Source: a virus
Taxonomy: Duplodnaviria; Caudoviricetes
Reading direction: 5' to 3' (one strand)
Virus record (IMG/VR): IMGVR_UViG_3300010352_000625
Coordinates: 128,001-192,000 of that record
DNA: 64,000 nt
Under the pieces are notes generated by a model that had not been told where the DNA came from, ran no database searches, and saw only the letters and a list, made by a program, of their open reading frames with translations. The position numbers and the translations under genes are program-made. Of this stretch, positions 1 through 10,731 are shown piece by piece (position 1 is the first letter of the stretch; each line of letters begins with the position of its first letter).

Positions 1-88
1 AATCGTGGTAGAATTTTGCTGTAATGATACTGTCTAATAAAGTCTATAGCTATTTTTTTGTCAATTTCTTTCAGTTTAATTTTATTCA

Positions 89-1879
89 TTATAATCCCTT
101 TCCTTCGTATAATCCAAGTAAAGATGATAGAGTATCTTCTTCTGATATTACTTGACCATCTAATACCTGACTTAATATATTTCTTTTACTGTCAATCATT
201 TTAGCTAGTTCCATTTCTATTGTATTCTCAGCTAAGAGATACCAAATGTTTACAGCATTTTTCTGACCCATTCGGTGGCAGCGATCTTCCGCTTGTTCTA
301 GTTCACCGGGTGTCCACGGTAATTCTAGAAAAACAATATTGCTACTTGCAGTTAAAGTTATACCAACTCCCGCCGCTTTGATATTACCAACAAACAATCT
401 TATATTTTTATCATTCTGAAATTTTTCTACTATAGTCTGTCTCACTTCACCGGTAGGTACACTGCCATCTATCTTAACAGCTATATCACCAAATTCTTCC
501 ATTAACGCACTTATTATTTCTTTGTGTACAGCAAACACTACTAATTTACCATCGTAGTCAGCTAGAAAATTCTTAATCCATTGTATACTATTAGCTAATG
601 CCCCACGTACAGCAAGCAATCTAAGTGTACCTACTTTAACTAATTTCTCAGCACTACTAGCTCTTTCAGCCGCTCTCTTACCTTTATTTTCTCTTATCCA
701 TTCAATAAAATCATTTTCCGCTTTATTATAATCAGATATGTTAGTTAAATCTAATGATACAAATGTTCTTCTTTTTTCTGGTAAATCTTCGATAACATCT
801 TCTTTTTTTCTTCTTATCATTATATTACTAAGTATATCATATAGTTCTTCTAGATTACTTCCACCTTTATATTCCCATCCATATCCATTAAAATAAGCAT
901 CGCAATATCTTTGTGCATATGATTGAAATGAACCAAATAATTCTGGCTCAACTAATTTAATACTGTTGTATAATTCAGCAGGTCTGTTAATAGCAGGTGT
1001 ACCACTCATAGGAATAATATGTTTAGTTTTCTTTGCTATATGTTTAACACCTTTAGTTCGTTTAGTTGTAGATGTTTTAATAGCATGACATTCATCTAAT
1101 ATCAATACTTTGGGATTAATATTAGCTATTTCTTTTCTCCATGCGTATACTATATCATAATTTACTATTATTATATCAGATGATTTTTTTAGTTTTTTAG
1201 TTTTTTTACCTTCAAGTATTTGTATATCTCGTTTTGTTAATAGCCATTTATCTGCTTCTTTTTTCCAGTTATATTTAAGTGTAGCTGGTACTACAATAAC
1301 AACAGGAGTTAATTCGGGATGATTAGATATGTAGGTAAGTACAGTTATTGTTTTACCAGTACCCATTTCGTCACCTACAATAACATTACCATTTCTAGAT
1401 TCAATAAATCCAACACCTTCTTTTTGAAATTCCATTAATGATAATCCTTTAGGTACTTTAATATTATCAGTATTATATTTTTTTGGAGTATTTCTTTTAG
1501 TTACAACTTTAATTAACTGCTCATGTTTAATCTTTAGTTTACTATCTAGATTAAAATTTAAAGTAACTAAACTATTAATATTATTTAAAGTACATGTACA
1601 AGTCCAGTATTTACCATCAAGTATATATTTTCTACCATCCAGATTTTTTATTTGTGCTACTAATTCAGCATCGTAGTTAAATTTAATTATAATTTTTTTA
1701 CCATCTAATGTAGCTTTTCTAGACTTATCTTTTATTGTAATTTCAGGTATAGAAATATCAACTATTTCTTTTTTAGAAACAGTTGATTTTTTATCTGTAT
1801 TACTGATTTTTTTTGTATTAGATAAATTATCTTTTTTATCTTTTAGTAATTTACTATACTTATCTTTAATAGTTGACAA
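89..1879 (-). CDS. SNF2-family (SMARCAL1/HARP-like) DEAD/H helicase
   Basis: Walker A GDEMGTGKT, DECH box, SGTP motif III, GVGITLT and QAEDRCHRMGQ motif VI; N-terminal HARP-like FNYDAELVAQIK segment. Confidence 0.9.
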   Translation of the reverse strand: MSTIKDKYSKLLKDKKDNLSNTKKISNTDKKSTVSKKEIVDISIPEITIKDKSRKATLDGKKIIIKFNYDAELVAQIKNLDGRKYILDGKYWTCTCTLNNINSLVTLNFNLDSKLKIKHEQLIKVVTKRNTPKKYNTDNIKVPKGLSLMEFQKEGVGFIESRNGNVIVGDEMGTGKTITVLTYISNHPELTPVVIVVPATLKYNWKKEADKWLLTKRDIQILEGKKTKKLKKSSDIIIVNYDIVYAWRKEIANINPKVLILDECHAIKTSTTKRTKGVKHIAKKTKHIIPMSGTPAINRPAELYNSIKLVEPELFGSFQSYAQRYCDAYFNGYGWEYKGGSNLEELYDILSNIMIRRKKEDVIEDLPEKRRTFVSLDLTNISDYNKAENDFIEWIRENKGKRAAERASSAEKLVKVGTLRLLAVRGALANSIQWIKNFLADYDGKLVVFAVHKEIISALMEEFGDIAVKIDGSVPTGEVRQTIVEKFQNDKNIRLFVGNIKAAGVGITLTASSNIVFLELPWTPGELEQAEDRCHRMGQKNAVNIWYLLAENTIEMELAKMIDSKRNILSQVLDGQVISEEDTLSSLLGLYEGKGL

Positions 1880-1905
1880 AGATAATCAAATCCTTATTAT
1901 AAATT

Positions 1906-2457
1906 TTAAATATTTTTTTCGTTTAAATCATATATCCCAGTGTTTTTTTCCATAGCTGTGATTGCATTATTGATAGTCTGTTTTTTATAAGGATCCCCTA
2001 AACTATTAAAAATCATATATTCAACATCTTCAACAACAAGTTCATGCAAAGCTCTATGCAATTCAGTATTAATATCTCTTAATTTATAATTCCAATTTAT
2101 ATCTACGTTAGTCTCAGTTTTATTATTTTCATGATAATATTCTGTAAATGAAAACCACTTATCTTTAATTAAATGACCAATACGTATTATACTATTATTT
2201 TCTATTTCACATCGAACAAAAGTGTTTTCTAATTCTTCCCAACTATTCAACTCTAAGGTTTCAAGTAATTTTATGATGGCACCTAAACCAACAGCTGTGG
2301 GAACTCTTTTCTTTTTATCTTTATCATATTTATCTAAAGCATAAGTACCATACCCACATCCAGTACCATCAAATGTTATATCAAGAAGAAAGGTGAAAAA
2401 TCCAAAATCTTTTGTTCCTAACATTGTCTTTCTTATTTTACCATTTAGTATACTCAT
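1906..2457 (-). CDS. Hypothetical phage protein
   Basis: 183-aa ORF packed head-to-tail with its neighbours. Confidence 0.7.
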   Translation of the reverse strand: MSILNGKIRKTMLGTKDFGFFTFLLDITFDGTGCGYGTYALDKYDKDKKKRVPTAVGLGAIIKLLETLELNSWEELENTFVRCEIENNSIIRIGHLIKDKWFSFTEYYHENNKTETNVDINWNYKLRDINTELHRALHELVVEDVEYMIFNSLGDPYKKQTINNAITAMEKNTGIYDLNEKNI

Positions 2458-2463
2458 ATTTTA

Positions 2464-2754
2464 TTATTCCTCATTTATTAATTCATTTATTTTTACTCTA
2501 CCATGCCAAACAATTTCGACAGTATCAAATATAGTTTCTTCTGTTTCATCTTCTTTAAATTCAAACTGATATATAATATCTTTATCATTATTCTGTTTTA
2601 AATATTTAAATACATCAATAGCTAATCTATCCCAACAATCTTCTTTTTCTTTATTAATTGATATCATATCAGATATATTTTTCTTACAATCTTTAGTATA
2701 TCTTGTAGCTATATTATATTGTTTAAGATTTTTTTTAATCATTCGATATCCCAA
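2464..2754 (-). CDS. Hypothetical protein
   Basis: 96-aa ORF overlapping the adjacent gene, operon-like. Confidence 0.6.
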   Translation of the reverse strand: MGYRMIKKNLKQYNIATRYTKDCKKNISDMISINKEKEDCWDRLAIDVFKYLKQNNDKDIIYQFEFKEDETEETIFDTVEIVWHGRVKINELINEE

Positions 2755-3026
2755 TTCATTTCCTTCATGGTTTCTATTATTTTATCAGCATCTAAGTATA
2801 CATCTGCATAATCTGTTCTTTTTTTATCTGTAACATCTTCTACATACATTTCAGTATCAGCATAAGAATTTTCATGCTCAATATCAAACTCATCAGATTG
2901 ATACAACTGATAAACTATTTCTTTAATATCATCATCTGTAAGTGGTTCTTTAAGATTATCAGGAACTTCAACTATTACCATATGTGAAAATGTTTGTACT
3001 ATTTCTACTTCTTTCTTCATACTCAT
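2739..3026 (-). CDS. Hypothetical acidic protein
   Basis: 95-aa ORF with GGAGAG RBS upstream. Confidence 0.65.
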   Translation of the reverse strand: MSMKKEVEIVQTFSHMVIVEVPDNLKEPLTDDDIKEIVYQLYQSDEFDIEHENSYADTEMYVEDVTDKKRTDYADVYLDADKIIETMKEMNWDIE

Positions 3027-3035
3027 TATCTCTCC

Positions 3036-3284
3036 TTACTTATTATGTTTTCTTTCTTCTCTTAGTTGTTCTCTCCAAATTTTACGTTTGCTACGTGGTA
3101 AAGGTTCTATATTAGGATTATAATCTTTCGTTGTTTTAGGATAATTTCTAACTTTAGTTTTATTTACGGATGTTCCTAAATATTCATCTATTCCCATTCC
3201 ATTGAATTCTGTAAAAAATTCATTATATACTCCTGCTGTGTTAGGTAGTTCAAGATGTTCTGGTATTGTATTAGGGTCTGGCAT
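3036..3284 (-). CDS. Hypothetical protein
   Basis: 82-aa ORF in the same tight gene run. Confidence 0.6.
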   Translation of the reverse strand: MPDPNTIPEHLELPNTAGVYNEFFTEFNGMGIDEYLGTSVNKTKVRNYPKTTKDYNPNIEPLPRSKRKIWREQLREERKHNK

Positions 3285-3577
3285 ATTATTTTATTATTCT
3301 CCTTCTTTTTTATTCTCCTCTAATAATTCATCTAATATAGGTTTTTTGTGCTTACACCAATCTATATAAACAATAATAAAACCAATAACTATAAATATAT
3401 AGAATGAGATTTTAACTAGTGCTACTTTCAAACAACACTTTATCCTTACCAATGATTTTAGGTCTACCATCTTCAATATTAGCCATAACTATCACTCCTT
3501 ACTTTTAATCCAAATTACAAATGCCAAGAAGCTGAACGTAATCGCAAGCATTAACACTATTGTTATATCTTCACTGC

Positions 3578-4279
3578 TCATTCCTCATCCTCCGGCAGAT
3601 TGAGCGAACGCCATGCTATTATTTCCTTATTGATGCGAGTTTGAGCTATATCAAAATACCCTTCGTCAAGTTCCATCCCTATGAATTGCCTATTAGTTCT
3701 AATACAAGCAACTCCCGTAGTTCCTGACCCCATACATGGGTCTAAAACTACGCCACCCTCGCCAGTGCAATCTGTTATCAATTCCTTAAACAGAAGAACA
3801 TTCTTTTCAGTTGGGTGTAATTTACTTTTTCCACACGGATATTTGAAAACTGTATTTTTGCAGTGTGGATTAAATATTTTATAGCCTGCTTTCTTAAACC
3901 AGACTGCCGTTTCTACCCCACTTAAATAGACATGTTGCCCGTTCATTGGAGATGGATTACTCTTTTGCCATACCAAAAGACGCACTGTGCCTTTCTGTGT
4001 TTCAAAGAACTGATAGATAGGACTAATCTGCCCTTTGCCACAAAATATAACTATGCACCCTTTAGATATTCGCAAACATTCAGTCAAGAAGTTATCTAGA
4101 TTAAATGTTAGAACGTCCGCATTGCCTTTATCTAGTTGTCTTATCCCATTAGAACTTCGATTAACTTCGTTGTATGGTATATCAGTGAGTATCATATCAA
4201 CAGAAGCATTCTCTATGTCCCTCATAAGAGACATGCAATCTCCTTGGATTAACTCAACTTGTTTGTCGAGTTCTGTCAT
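3578..4279 (-). CDS. N6/N4 DNA methyltransferase (beta class)
   Basis: LTDIPY motif IV, HPTEK, VLDPCMGSGTTG motif I. Confidence 0.92.
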   Translation of the reverse strand: MTELDKQVELIQGDCMSLMRDIENASVDMILTDIPYNEVNRSSNGIRQLDKGNADVLTFNLDNFLTECLRISKGCIVIFCGKGQISPIYQFFETQKGTVRLLVWQKSNPSPMNGQHVYLSGVETAVWFKKAGYKIFNPHCKNTVFKYPCGKSKLHPTEKNVLLFKELITDCTGEGGVVLDPCMGSGTTGVACIRTNRQFIGMELDEGYFDIAQTRINKEIIAWRSLNLPEDEE

Positions 4280-4295
4280 TCCGAGACCTCCTTCA

Positions 4296-4544
4296 CTATC
4301 TCCACGCCCTGTTATAAGCCTCTACTGCCTTTTCCGGGGTCTCGCCGAATCCACAAATGCCCTCTTGTATACTCTCGCCATATAAGGCACACCACATATT
4401 GCCATCTTTATAAATTTTAGGCTTGAAATTAGTGCTTGGCAGAAGTTGTTGCTCACATACAGTGTCGTAATAAATTCTCATGTGATGTTGTTCTATGTTA
4501 AATCGCTCGTTCCAGTATGCTTCTTCTGTGTTTATTCCGCTCAT
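4296..4544 (-). CDS. Hypothetical phage protein
   Basis: 82-aa ORF (DGNMWCALYG...GFGETPEKA) with GGAG RBS. Confidence 0.65.
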   Translation of the reverse strand: MSGINTEEAYWNERFNIEQHHMRIYYDTVCEQQLLPSTNFKPKIYKDGNMWCALYGESIQEGICGFGETPEKAVEAYNRAWR

Positions 4545-4663
4545 TCCGCTTTCTCCTCCTCTAACTCCTTAATTCTTTGTCTTAGTTCGCTATCTAAAAG
4601 ATCAGCCATTGTTAGCCTCCTTTGTATCCGCGCCGTTAATGTTGCAGATGTTTAGTAAGTGTT

Positions 4664-5416
4664 TCATTCGCCCACTTCCTTTTCGGCAAGGGCTTTCTGT
4701 ATGCGCTCGTTGGCTATATCGCAGTATTGCGCATCCAATTCAAAACCTATGTAATTGCGGTTGGTGTTGATGCAGGCGATTGCGGTTGTGCCGGAACCCA
4801 TACAGTTGTCGAGGACTGTCTCGTTTTCGTTGGTATATGTACAGATAAGGTATTCCATTAACTCAACGGGTTTCTGCGTCGGATGTCCACCCTTGAATCT
4901 CTTTTGCGGTATCTCAATAATTGATTTAGGGTAATACCATTCTGAATAATGAGGTTTATATGTAAACTTGCCATAATTTGTAGAGTCTCCACCTGTTGAC
5001 TTTAAAACTCTTTTCCCTTTAACCATTTTAGGGTTATATGTTGGTTGCTTTTGATAAAACACTAATATATCTTCGTGGCTTCTAAGTGGTTGCTTTTTAG
5101 CGTTTAAAAACCCCGTAACCTGACTTTTGCTCCAAACAAGCGAATACTTAAATAGCTTTCTGTTGCTTTGAATCAAATCTGTTGTAAACGGTTGCGTAGC
5201 AGTAAGTACAATCACGCCGTTTTCTTTTATAATCCTCTCATAATGCTTCCACAACTTTTCAAACGGTATAACGCAATCCCATTTATTCCTTGCAGTTACA
5301 CCATAGGGCAAATCACATAAAATCATATCGACAGACTTATCCGGTATCCTTTTCATTCCCACTAAGCAATCCTCATTGTAAATCTTATTTATCAATAATT
5401 CGTCAAAAGTCATCAC
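4664..5416 (-). CDS. N6/N4 DNA methyltransferase (beta class)
   Basis: LCDLPYG, HPTQKP, VLDNCMGSGTT. Confidence 0.93.
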   Translation of the reverse strand: MMTFDELLINKIYNEDCLVGMKRIPDKSVDMILCDLPYGVTARNKWDCVIPFEKLWKHYERIIKENGVIVLTATQPFTTDLIQSNRKLFKYSLVWSKSQVTGFLNAKKQPLRSHEDILVFYQKQPTYNPKMVKGKRVLKSTGGDSTNYGKFTYKPHYSEWYYPKSIIEIPQKRFKGGHPTQKPVELMEYLICTYTNENETVLDNCMGSGTTAIACINTNRNYIGFELDAQYCDIANERIQKALAEKEVGE

Positions 5417-5559
5417 TCCGCACCCTCCTTCCCCGCCAGTCCGCAGTAGCCCTCGTTTTTTACCTCCGTGTCAAACCAACGCCACGCCATACATAAATAA
5501 GCGTTACATCCATCGTTTAGCATAGGACACCATTTTATTTTTGCTTCTTCAACCTTCAT
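5413..5559 (-). CDS. Small Cys-rich hypothetical protein (below the ORF-track cutoff)
   Basis: Manual translation MKVEEAKIKWCPMLNDGCNAYLCMAWRW...EGYCGLAGKEGAE*; stop overlaps the MTase start. Confidence 0.55.
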   Translation of the reverse strand: MKVEEAKIKWCPMLNDGCNAYLCMAWRWFDTEVKNEGYCGLAGKEGAE

Positions 5560-5639
5560 TAATTCGTACCCCCGATCTTGATCTCATCTCTCTTGTAAAT
5601 CTCATAGGCCATATGTGATTTCAAGGCGTAATATATTAT

Positions 5640-5930
5640 TTATTTTATTCCATATTGGTGGTCTAAATTATATCTAAGATAATTAAAATCAATACCAAGT
5701 TTGTTATGATATATTTCAGCTCTATTGTAGGCCGATAAAAGAGATTTTTCGTCATCGTTATCGTTGCATAACATTTCGGGGTATCTCAATCCCAACAGAA
5801 AAATATCTTTATCTTTCAGTTTTTCATTATTATCATATTTTTCAAAAGATTCGGCTATAGCATGAATAATCATACTTTTATCAAATTTAATCAAATCTTT
5901 GCAATTTCTGATTTCTTTTTCTATATTCAT
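5640..5930 (-). CDS. Hypothetical protein
   Basis: 96-aa ORF with GGAGG RBS directly after a consensus promoter. Confidence 0.65.
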   Translation of the reverse strand: MNIEKEIRNCKDLIKFDKSMIIHAIAESFEKYDNNEKLKDKDIFLLGLRYPEMLCNDNDDEKSLLSAYNRAEIYHNKLGIDFNYLRYNLDHQYGIK

Positions 5931-5965
5931 TAGAAAAACCTCCAGAAGTATAATTATTTTTTAAC

Positions 5966-6003
5966 TATATATATTATATCATACTTTAGAGATAAATACA
6001 AGT
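5966..6003 (-). promoter_or_regulatory. Phage sigma70/sigmaA-type promoter (representative of a repeated class)
   Basis: TTGTAT-N17-TATAAT with extended TG; the TTATCTCT spacer and ATGATATAATATATA core recur near 32600, 33330, 39730, 50110, 51345, 53580 and 56695. Confidence 0.85.
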
Positions 6004-6278
6004 CGGCTGAAAGTATGGATTTCAGTTATACACTTACTTAATCAAAACTTAAAATTCGAATCTTTCAACTCACTGTATATATTATATCATATTTATAACT
6101 GATTGTCAATAGACAAAAAACCAGCTATACATGTATAACTGATTTTAAATTATTTCATATTAAAAATTAGTTTAATTTAAAAAGTAATCGTTAAAACTAT
6201 CATGTTTACTATCTATATCTTCCTTAATTTCTGATTACTTAAAAATTCTGTTATCTTCATTCTTTATCGTCTTCTGTT

Positions 6279-6623
6279 CTATTTCCACAATTGAATATCT
6301 GTCATTATTTCATTTAAGGCATATGCTCTAGGGTCACTTATATACAAAAAAACATCATATGAAATAAACAATATTGGTAAACAAACTATTACAAATATAA
6401 TCATAGGAAACAAAAACAATTCAGGGTTTTTGTTAGTTTTAATTTCTCTTATATATACGTATAATGTAATAATAAGCATCACAACTGCTAATCCCACGAA
6501 TAGAAATAGCATATATTTCATAGCTAAGCCTTGTGCTGAATATGATTCAATCAATTGTTCGGGGGTTATATACAACGATTGTGCTAAATAATTTATTGCA
6601 TTTTGATATATATTATTTTCCAT
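6279..6623 (-). CDS. Membrane protein, 2 TM
   Basis: Two hydrophobic stretches; RBS. Confidence 0.65.
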   Translation of the reverse strand: MENNIYQNAINYLAQSLYITPEQLIESYSAQGLAMKYMLFLFVGLAVVMLIITLYVYIREIKTNKNPELFLFPMIIFVIVCLPILFISYDVFLYISDPRAYALNEIMTDIQLWK

Positions 6624-6709
6624 TTAATATCGTCCTTTTTATTTCAGTCTTTGTCTATTCATGATTTTTTTAAAAATTCATCATAATCATTTCAGCTTCA
6701 ATTATTAAC

Positions 6710-6952
6710 TCACATTCTATTAAATTTATCAATCACACCAGCGATAATATCAACATCTTCAATAGTGTTTCGATTAGCTTTTACTAATATTGGTGTTAAT
6801 ATCTCCACATAATTTTCATCAACAAAACAAACTCTAAAATTAACCTTTTCATTTAGCAATGCTTTAACAGCTTTAATAATATTTTCTTTGTTGTTGCATA
6901 CACCTTTAACTATATAAAGTATATTATATGATTCATTTATATTCTCTGTCAT
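6710..6952 (-). CDS. Hypothetical protein
   Basis: 80-aa ORF with AGGAG RBS. Confidence 0.6.
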   Translation of the reverse strand: MTENINESYNILYIVKGVCNNKENIIKAVKALLNEKVNFRVCFVDENYVEILTPILVKANRNTIEDVDIIAGVIDKFNRM

Positions 6953-6967
6953 TTTATTATTCTCCTT

Positions 6968-7315
6968 TTAAATTGAAATGAAAATATAAAGCAATACTAA
7001 AAATATAAAACATATAACTGTTGAATTAATTTTATATAAATAATATGTTATATCCATTGATTCAGCAATATATTTAACATCATCAGTTAATCTTATATAT
7101 GCTTCTTTAATATTATATCCTAGTCTGGCACTTTCCAATAGATTAACAAAAACATAAAACACAGGCAAAACAAAAAACAAAACATAAAATAGACCTAAAA
7201 ATATTCTAGCACAATCATTAGGTATATCAGTATGTATTATATAAACATACATTATAAATTGAATAGCTATTATTGATATTGCTAACATTAGTGTTTTAAT
7301 ATTATATTTATTCAT
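6968..7315 (-). CDS. Membrane protein, 3 TM
   Basis: Three hydrophobic segments. Confidence 0.6.
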   Translation of the reverse strand: MNKYNIKTLMLAISIIAIQFIMYVYIIHTDIPNDCARIFLGLFYVLFFVLPVFYVFVNLLESARLGYNIKEAYIRLTDDVKYIAESMDITYYLYKINSTVICFIFLVLLYIFISI

Positions 7316-7355
7316 TATTTATCAACCCTTATTATAATATGCATTATTTATTTTC

Positions 7356-7889
7356 CTATTCAAATAAATTTAAATCAATTTTCTTTCTTTCATCACTAAT
7401 CAACTTCTGAATTACCTCCATTTTAACTGGAGTATAATTATTAACTTCAACTGAAGTGCAATAACCACATGAACTATAATGTTTATAGTTATCATTATTA
7501 TGTACATGAGCATAAATATTAACGAAAGGACTATTATTATTAACAAAGTACGGCTCATGAGTAATTAAAAGATATTCATACATGATAGGATAATCATACA
7601 CCTTGAAAATACCATTACTGGTATATACATCGTCATTCATGTTATCGTGATTACCACGAATAAGTATCTTCTTATCATTTAATTTTGAAATAAATTGATA
7701 ATCATTTTCATTCTCATAGCGACTTAAATCACCATTAATAAAAATAGTGTCTTTATTTCTAACTACATTATTCCACTGTTGAATCATATATCTATTCATT
7801 TCATCTACTGTAAAGAATTTATCATTTCTACAATACCTAAGAATTCTAGCATCACCGAAATGATTATCTCCAATTACAAAATATGTCAT
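7356..7889 (-). CDS. Calcineurin-like metallophosphoesterase
   Basis: GDNHFG, GD, RGNHD, THEP and HVH motifs. Confidence 0.88.
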   Translation of the reverse strand: MTYFVIGDNHFGDARILRYCRNDKFFTVDEMNRYMIQQWNNVVRNKDTIFINGDLSRYENENDYQFISKLNDKKILIRGNHDNMNDDVYTSNGIFKVYDYPIMYEYLLITHEPYFVNNNSPFVNIYAHVHNNDNYKHYSSCGYCTSVEVNNYTPVKMEVIQKLISDERKKIDLNLFE

Positions 7890-8107
7890 ATATTATCCTT
7901 TCACTTTATTCTGAATCAAAATAAGCAATTAAAATATTTATTTATTTGATAAATATTCAATACTTATAATAATTATCGTAGTTATAGCTACAGCTATAGA
8001 TGTAGATAATATTATCTGAGAGATAGTTACTTTTTCTATATCTGATAGACTAAAAATTAATGACATATTATTAATAAATCTAATTTGATTCAATAGAGTT
8101 ATCATTA

Positions 8108-8548
8108 TTATTTTTCCCCCAATGTTATAAGAAACTCTTTAGCTTCTTTCCAGCTATCAAAATATTTTGAACCATCAAAATATTTTGAACCATCACTCAC
8201 AAATACTTCTGTTTTACCTTTATATCTCTTATCATTAAACCCCAATTTAGGAGCAATCCATACAATTAGTGTGCCTGTTTCAATATCAACTATACCAAAT
8301 GAATCAAAGATTTTACCATCCATAGGACAGTTATTTTTCATGAAAACATATGTTTTATCTGTATCAAAAAAACCAATCTTACTAATATCTTTTATTTTCT
8401 TACCTAATGTTTTTGTTTTGTTCTTCAAAGCACTATCTTTACAAAACCAATCATACCAACCTGCACTCATCTGAGCTTTAAGACTATCAACATCAAAATC
8501 ACCATTATCAAACTTTGTTATGAACTGTCTTACTGTAAGCTTATCCAT
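8108..8548 (-). CDS. Hypothetical phage protein (probable start MDKLTV)
   Basis: GWYDWFC motif; the upstream part of the track ORF overlaps a separate ~49-aa ORF (8545-8695). Confidence 0.6.
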   Translation of the reverse strand: MDKLTVRQFITKFDNGDFDVDSLKAQMSAGWYDWFCKDSALKNKTKTLGKKIKDISKIGFFDTDKTYVFMKNNCPMDGKIFDSFGIVDIETGTLIVWIAPKLGFNDKRYKGKTEVFVSDGSKYFDGSKYFDSWKEAKEFLITLGEK

Positions 8549-8971
8549 TATATTTTTCCCCCTGTTTAATATAAGATTTAATTTCTGTTTTTGCTTCTCT
8601 ACGTTCCAGAATATTAGCGTGTTTATGAGAAATCTTACGACCTCTTTTACCATCATATTTCCAGCTTGTTGATTTGTTTTTCATTCTCATAGACATTTTA
8701 AACTAAACTCCTTTATATTTCTCTATTTAAAATGAACTATCCTTTATAGCCTGACATTAGAAACAGTATAAACCACAAACCCAGTAACCAGAAGTATTTT
8801 CTATCATTTTTAAACATTTTAATTAATCCTCTCTGATTGCTATTTTTCTTTCAACTCACTATATATATTATATCATATTTTACTCTATCTGTCAATAGCT
8901 ATTTAGTTTAAAAACAAAAAAAATAACAGTTTAAACTGTTATTTTTAAGTTATATTAATTTTTAATTTAAA

Positions 8972-9430
8972 TTAGATATTTTGCAAAAAGTAAAATACAG
9001 CATCACATAAATCGCTGGATATAGCACCTTTTATTACTGGTTCAAAGTTATTTTTATCAAATCCTATATCTAAAACTTTAATAATATTACCATTTGAATC
9101 TACTAAAGCCATAGATGTTATTTGAAATTTTTTAATTCTGGTGTTAGTAAAAACAATTCTAGTCATTACAAATTCAGTCTTGTTGTTTTGAATTAATTTA
9201 CGAATATGATTTCGCCCTCTATCTGAGGTTGGAAACATAGCATATTCGGCTACAACATAATTATCAATCATTTCTATAGAATCTACATCTAGTTTATAAG
9301 CTATATCATTATTATCTTCTGCAACATGTATAATATTACTTTCAGCAAAACTAGTTGTAACACCAAATATACATATTGTTGCAACTATTAAAACTATTAC
9401 GAACATATTAAATTTTCTAATTTTAATCAT
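8972..9430 (-). CDS. Secreted/surface protein with signal peptide
   Basis: Basic N-terminus, hydrophobic core and SFA|E cleavage site. Confidence 0.65.
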   Translation of the reverse strand: MIKIRKFNMFVIVLIVATICIFGVTTSFAESNIIHVAEDNNDIAYKLDVDSIEMIDNYVVAEYAMFPTSDRGRNHIRKLIQNNKTEFVMTRIVFTNTRIKKFQITSMALVDSNGNIIKVLDIGFDKNNFEPVIKGAISSDLCDAVFYFLQNI

Positions 9431-9441
9431 TCTCCTTTATA

Positions 9442-10731
9442 TTATCTGTCCATTTTTAATCTACGATATATTGGAAATCTCAAACTAAAATTACCATCAC
9501 TGTTTTGTGAAATCTCTTGATATTTAATCTCAGCTAATTTTCCGATAAATGTATCTTTATTTTTCCAGAAATAGTCTCTATCTTCATCACTAAATCCAGA
9601 CCCGCACTCTGTTTTAATAATTTTACCACCATCTGAATACCCTTCGCATATAATATTACCCATGGTATTACTATACTTTCCTTCACCTGCTACCATACCA
9701 ACAATAGTTAAATCCATTTCACTGAAAAATTTAAATTTAATCAAATTATTACTACGTTTAAAATCATAATATACATCAGGATTTCTTAGCATTATACCTT
9801 CATATCCCTGTTCTACAAACTGTCTAGCCAAATCCTTAATTCTCTCTGTATTGTTATCAATCTTAACAGCCTGAACAAAATCTAAAGTATCAAATAGTTT
9901 GTGTTTACTATTATCATTTATAAAATCTTCAATAGTTTTCTGCATATCTTCAGTTATTTTAAAATTATCACTACCACAAGCAAAGATATTAAATCTAATT
10001 TTGTTTTTTTCATCTGAATTATAATTAACTGTTGCCATAACTACTCTCTGGATTTCATTAAATTCAATATCTTTACTATACAATTCACCATCAATAAAAG
10101 TGATATCAGGGTATAGATTACGTATTTTATTTAAATCTTCAATGATATGTTTCATACCTACAAATTTTTTACCTTGTCTACTATGCAAAGAATCGGGGCA
10201 ATTACAATTCCAAAAAGCTCTGATGCCATCTAGTTTAGGAGTAGCGTACCAATATTTGTTTTTATATTTTTTATTTTCATCATATTTATTTGCTAATTGA
10301 ACTTTAAAATCTGGAAGGAAATTTTTCCCAAATGCTTTATTTATTAGACTAACTCCAATGTTACAACGTAAATCTCGTTTAAGTATATTAATAAAAATTT
10401 CCTGAGATTCTTTATCTAATTTACAACCAACAATATCTACAGATTCTCTAGCTGTATTACCAGTGATAACTCTATTCATTAGATTATTCAATAAATCAAA
10501 TATATCAGACCACATATCAACTATATTACTAGTTCCAATTGTTGAGAAACTATCTACATTAGCAATATAAAAATTAAAGTCTGTGTTATAAGTCATGTTA
10601 ATAATATCTTTAAATAACTCATTATTGATATTCTCTTTGATTATTTTAATTTTATCATTAGTGCTGGAAGTGTTAGTTATTTTCTGTATAATATTATAAA
10701 TTTCATTTTTATCCATCTTATAACCTCCCAT
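9442..10731 (-). CDS. lig: ATP-dependent DNA ligase
   Basis: PKLDGIR motif I, FIDGEL, EGIMLR, KFK and C-terminal OB fold (GSGFSD...LRFP). Confidence 0.95.
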   Translation of the reverse strand: MGGYKMDKNEIYNIIQKITNTSSTNDKIKIIKENINNELFKDIINMTYNTDFNFYIANVDSFSTIGTSNIVDMWSDIFDLLNNLMNRVITGNTARESVDIVGCKLDKESQEIFINILKRDLRCNIGVSLINKAFGKNFLPDFKVQLANKYDENKKYKNKYWYATPKLDGIRAFWNCNCPDSLHSRQGKKFVGMKHIIEDLNKIRNLYPDITFIDGELYSKDIEFNEIQRVVMATVNYNSDEKNKIRFNIFACGSDNFKITEDMQKTIEDFINDNSKHKLFDTLDFVQAVKIDNNTERIKDLARQFVEQGYEGIMLRNPDVYYDFKRSNNLIKFKFFSEMDLTIVGMVAGEGKYSNTMGNIICEGYSDGGKIIKTECGSGFSDEDRDYFWKNKDTFIGKLAEIKYQEISQNSDGNFSLRFPIYRRLKMDR

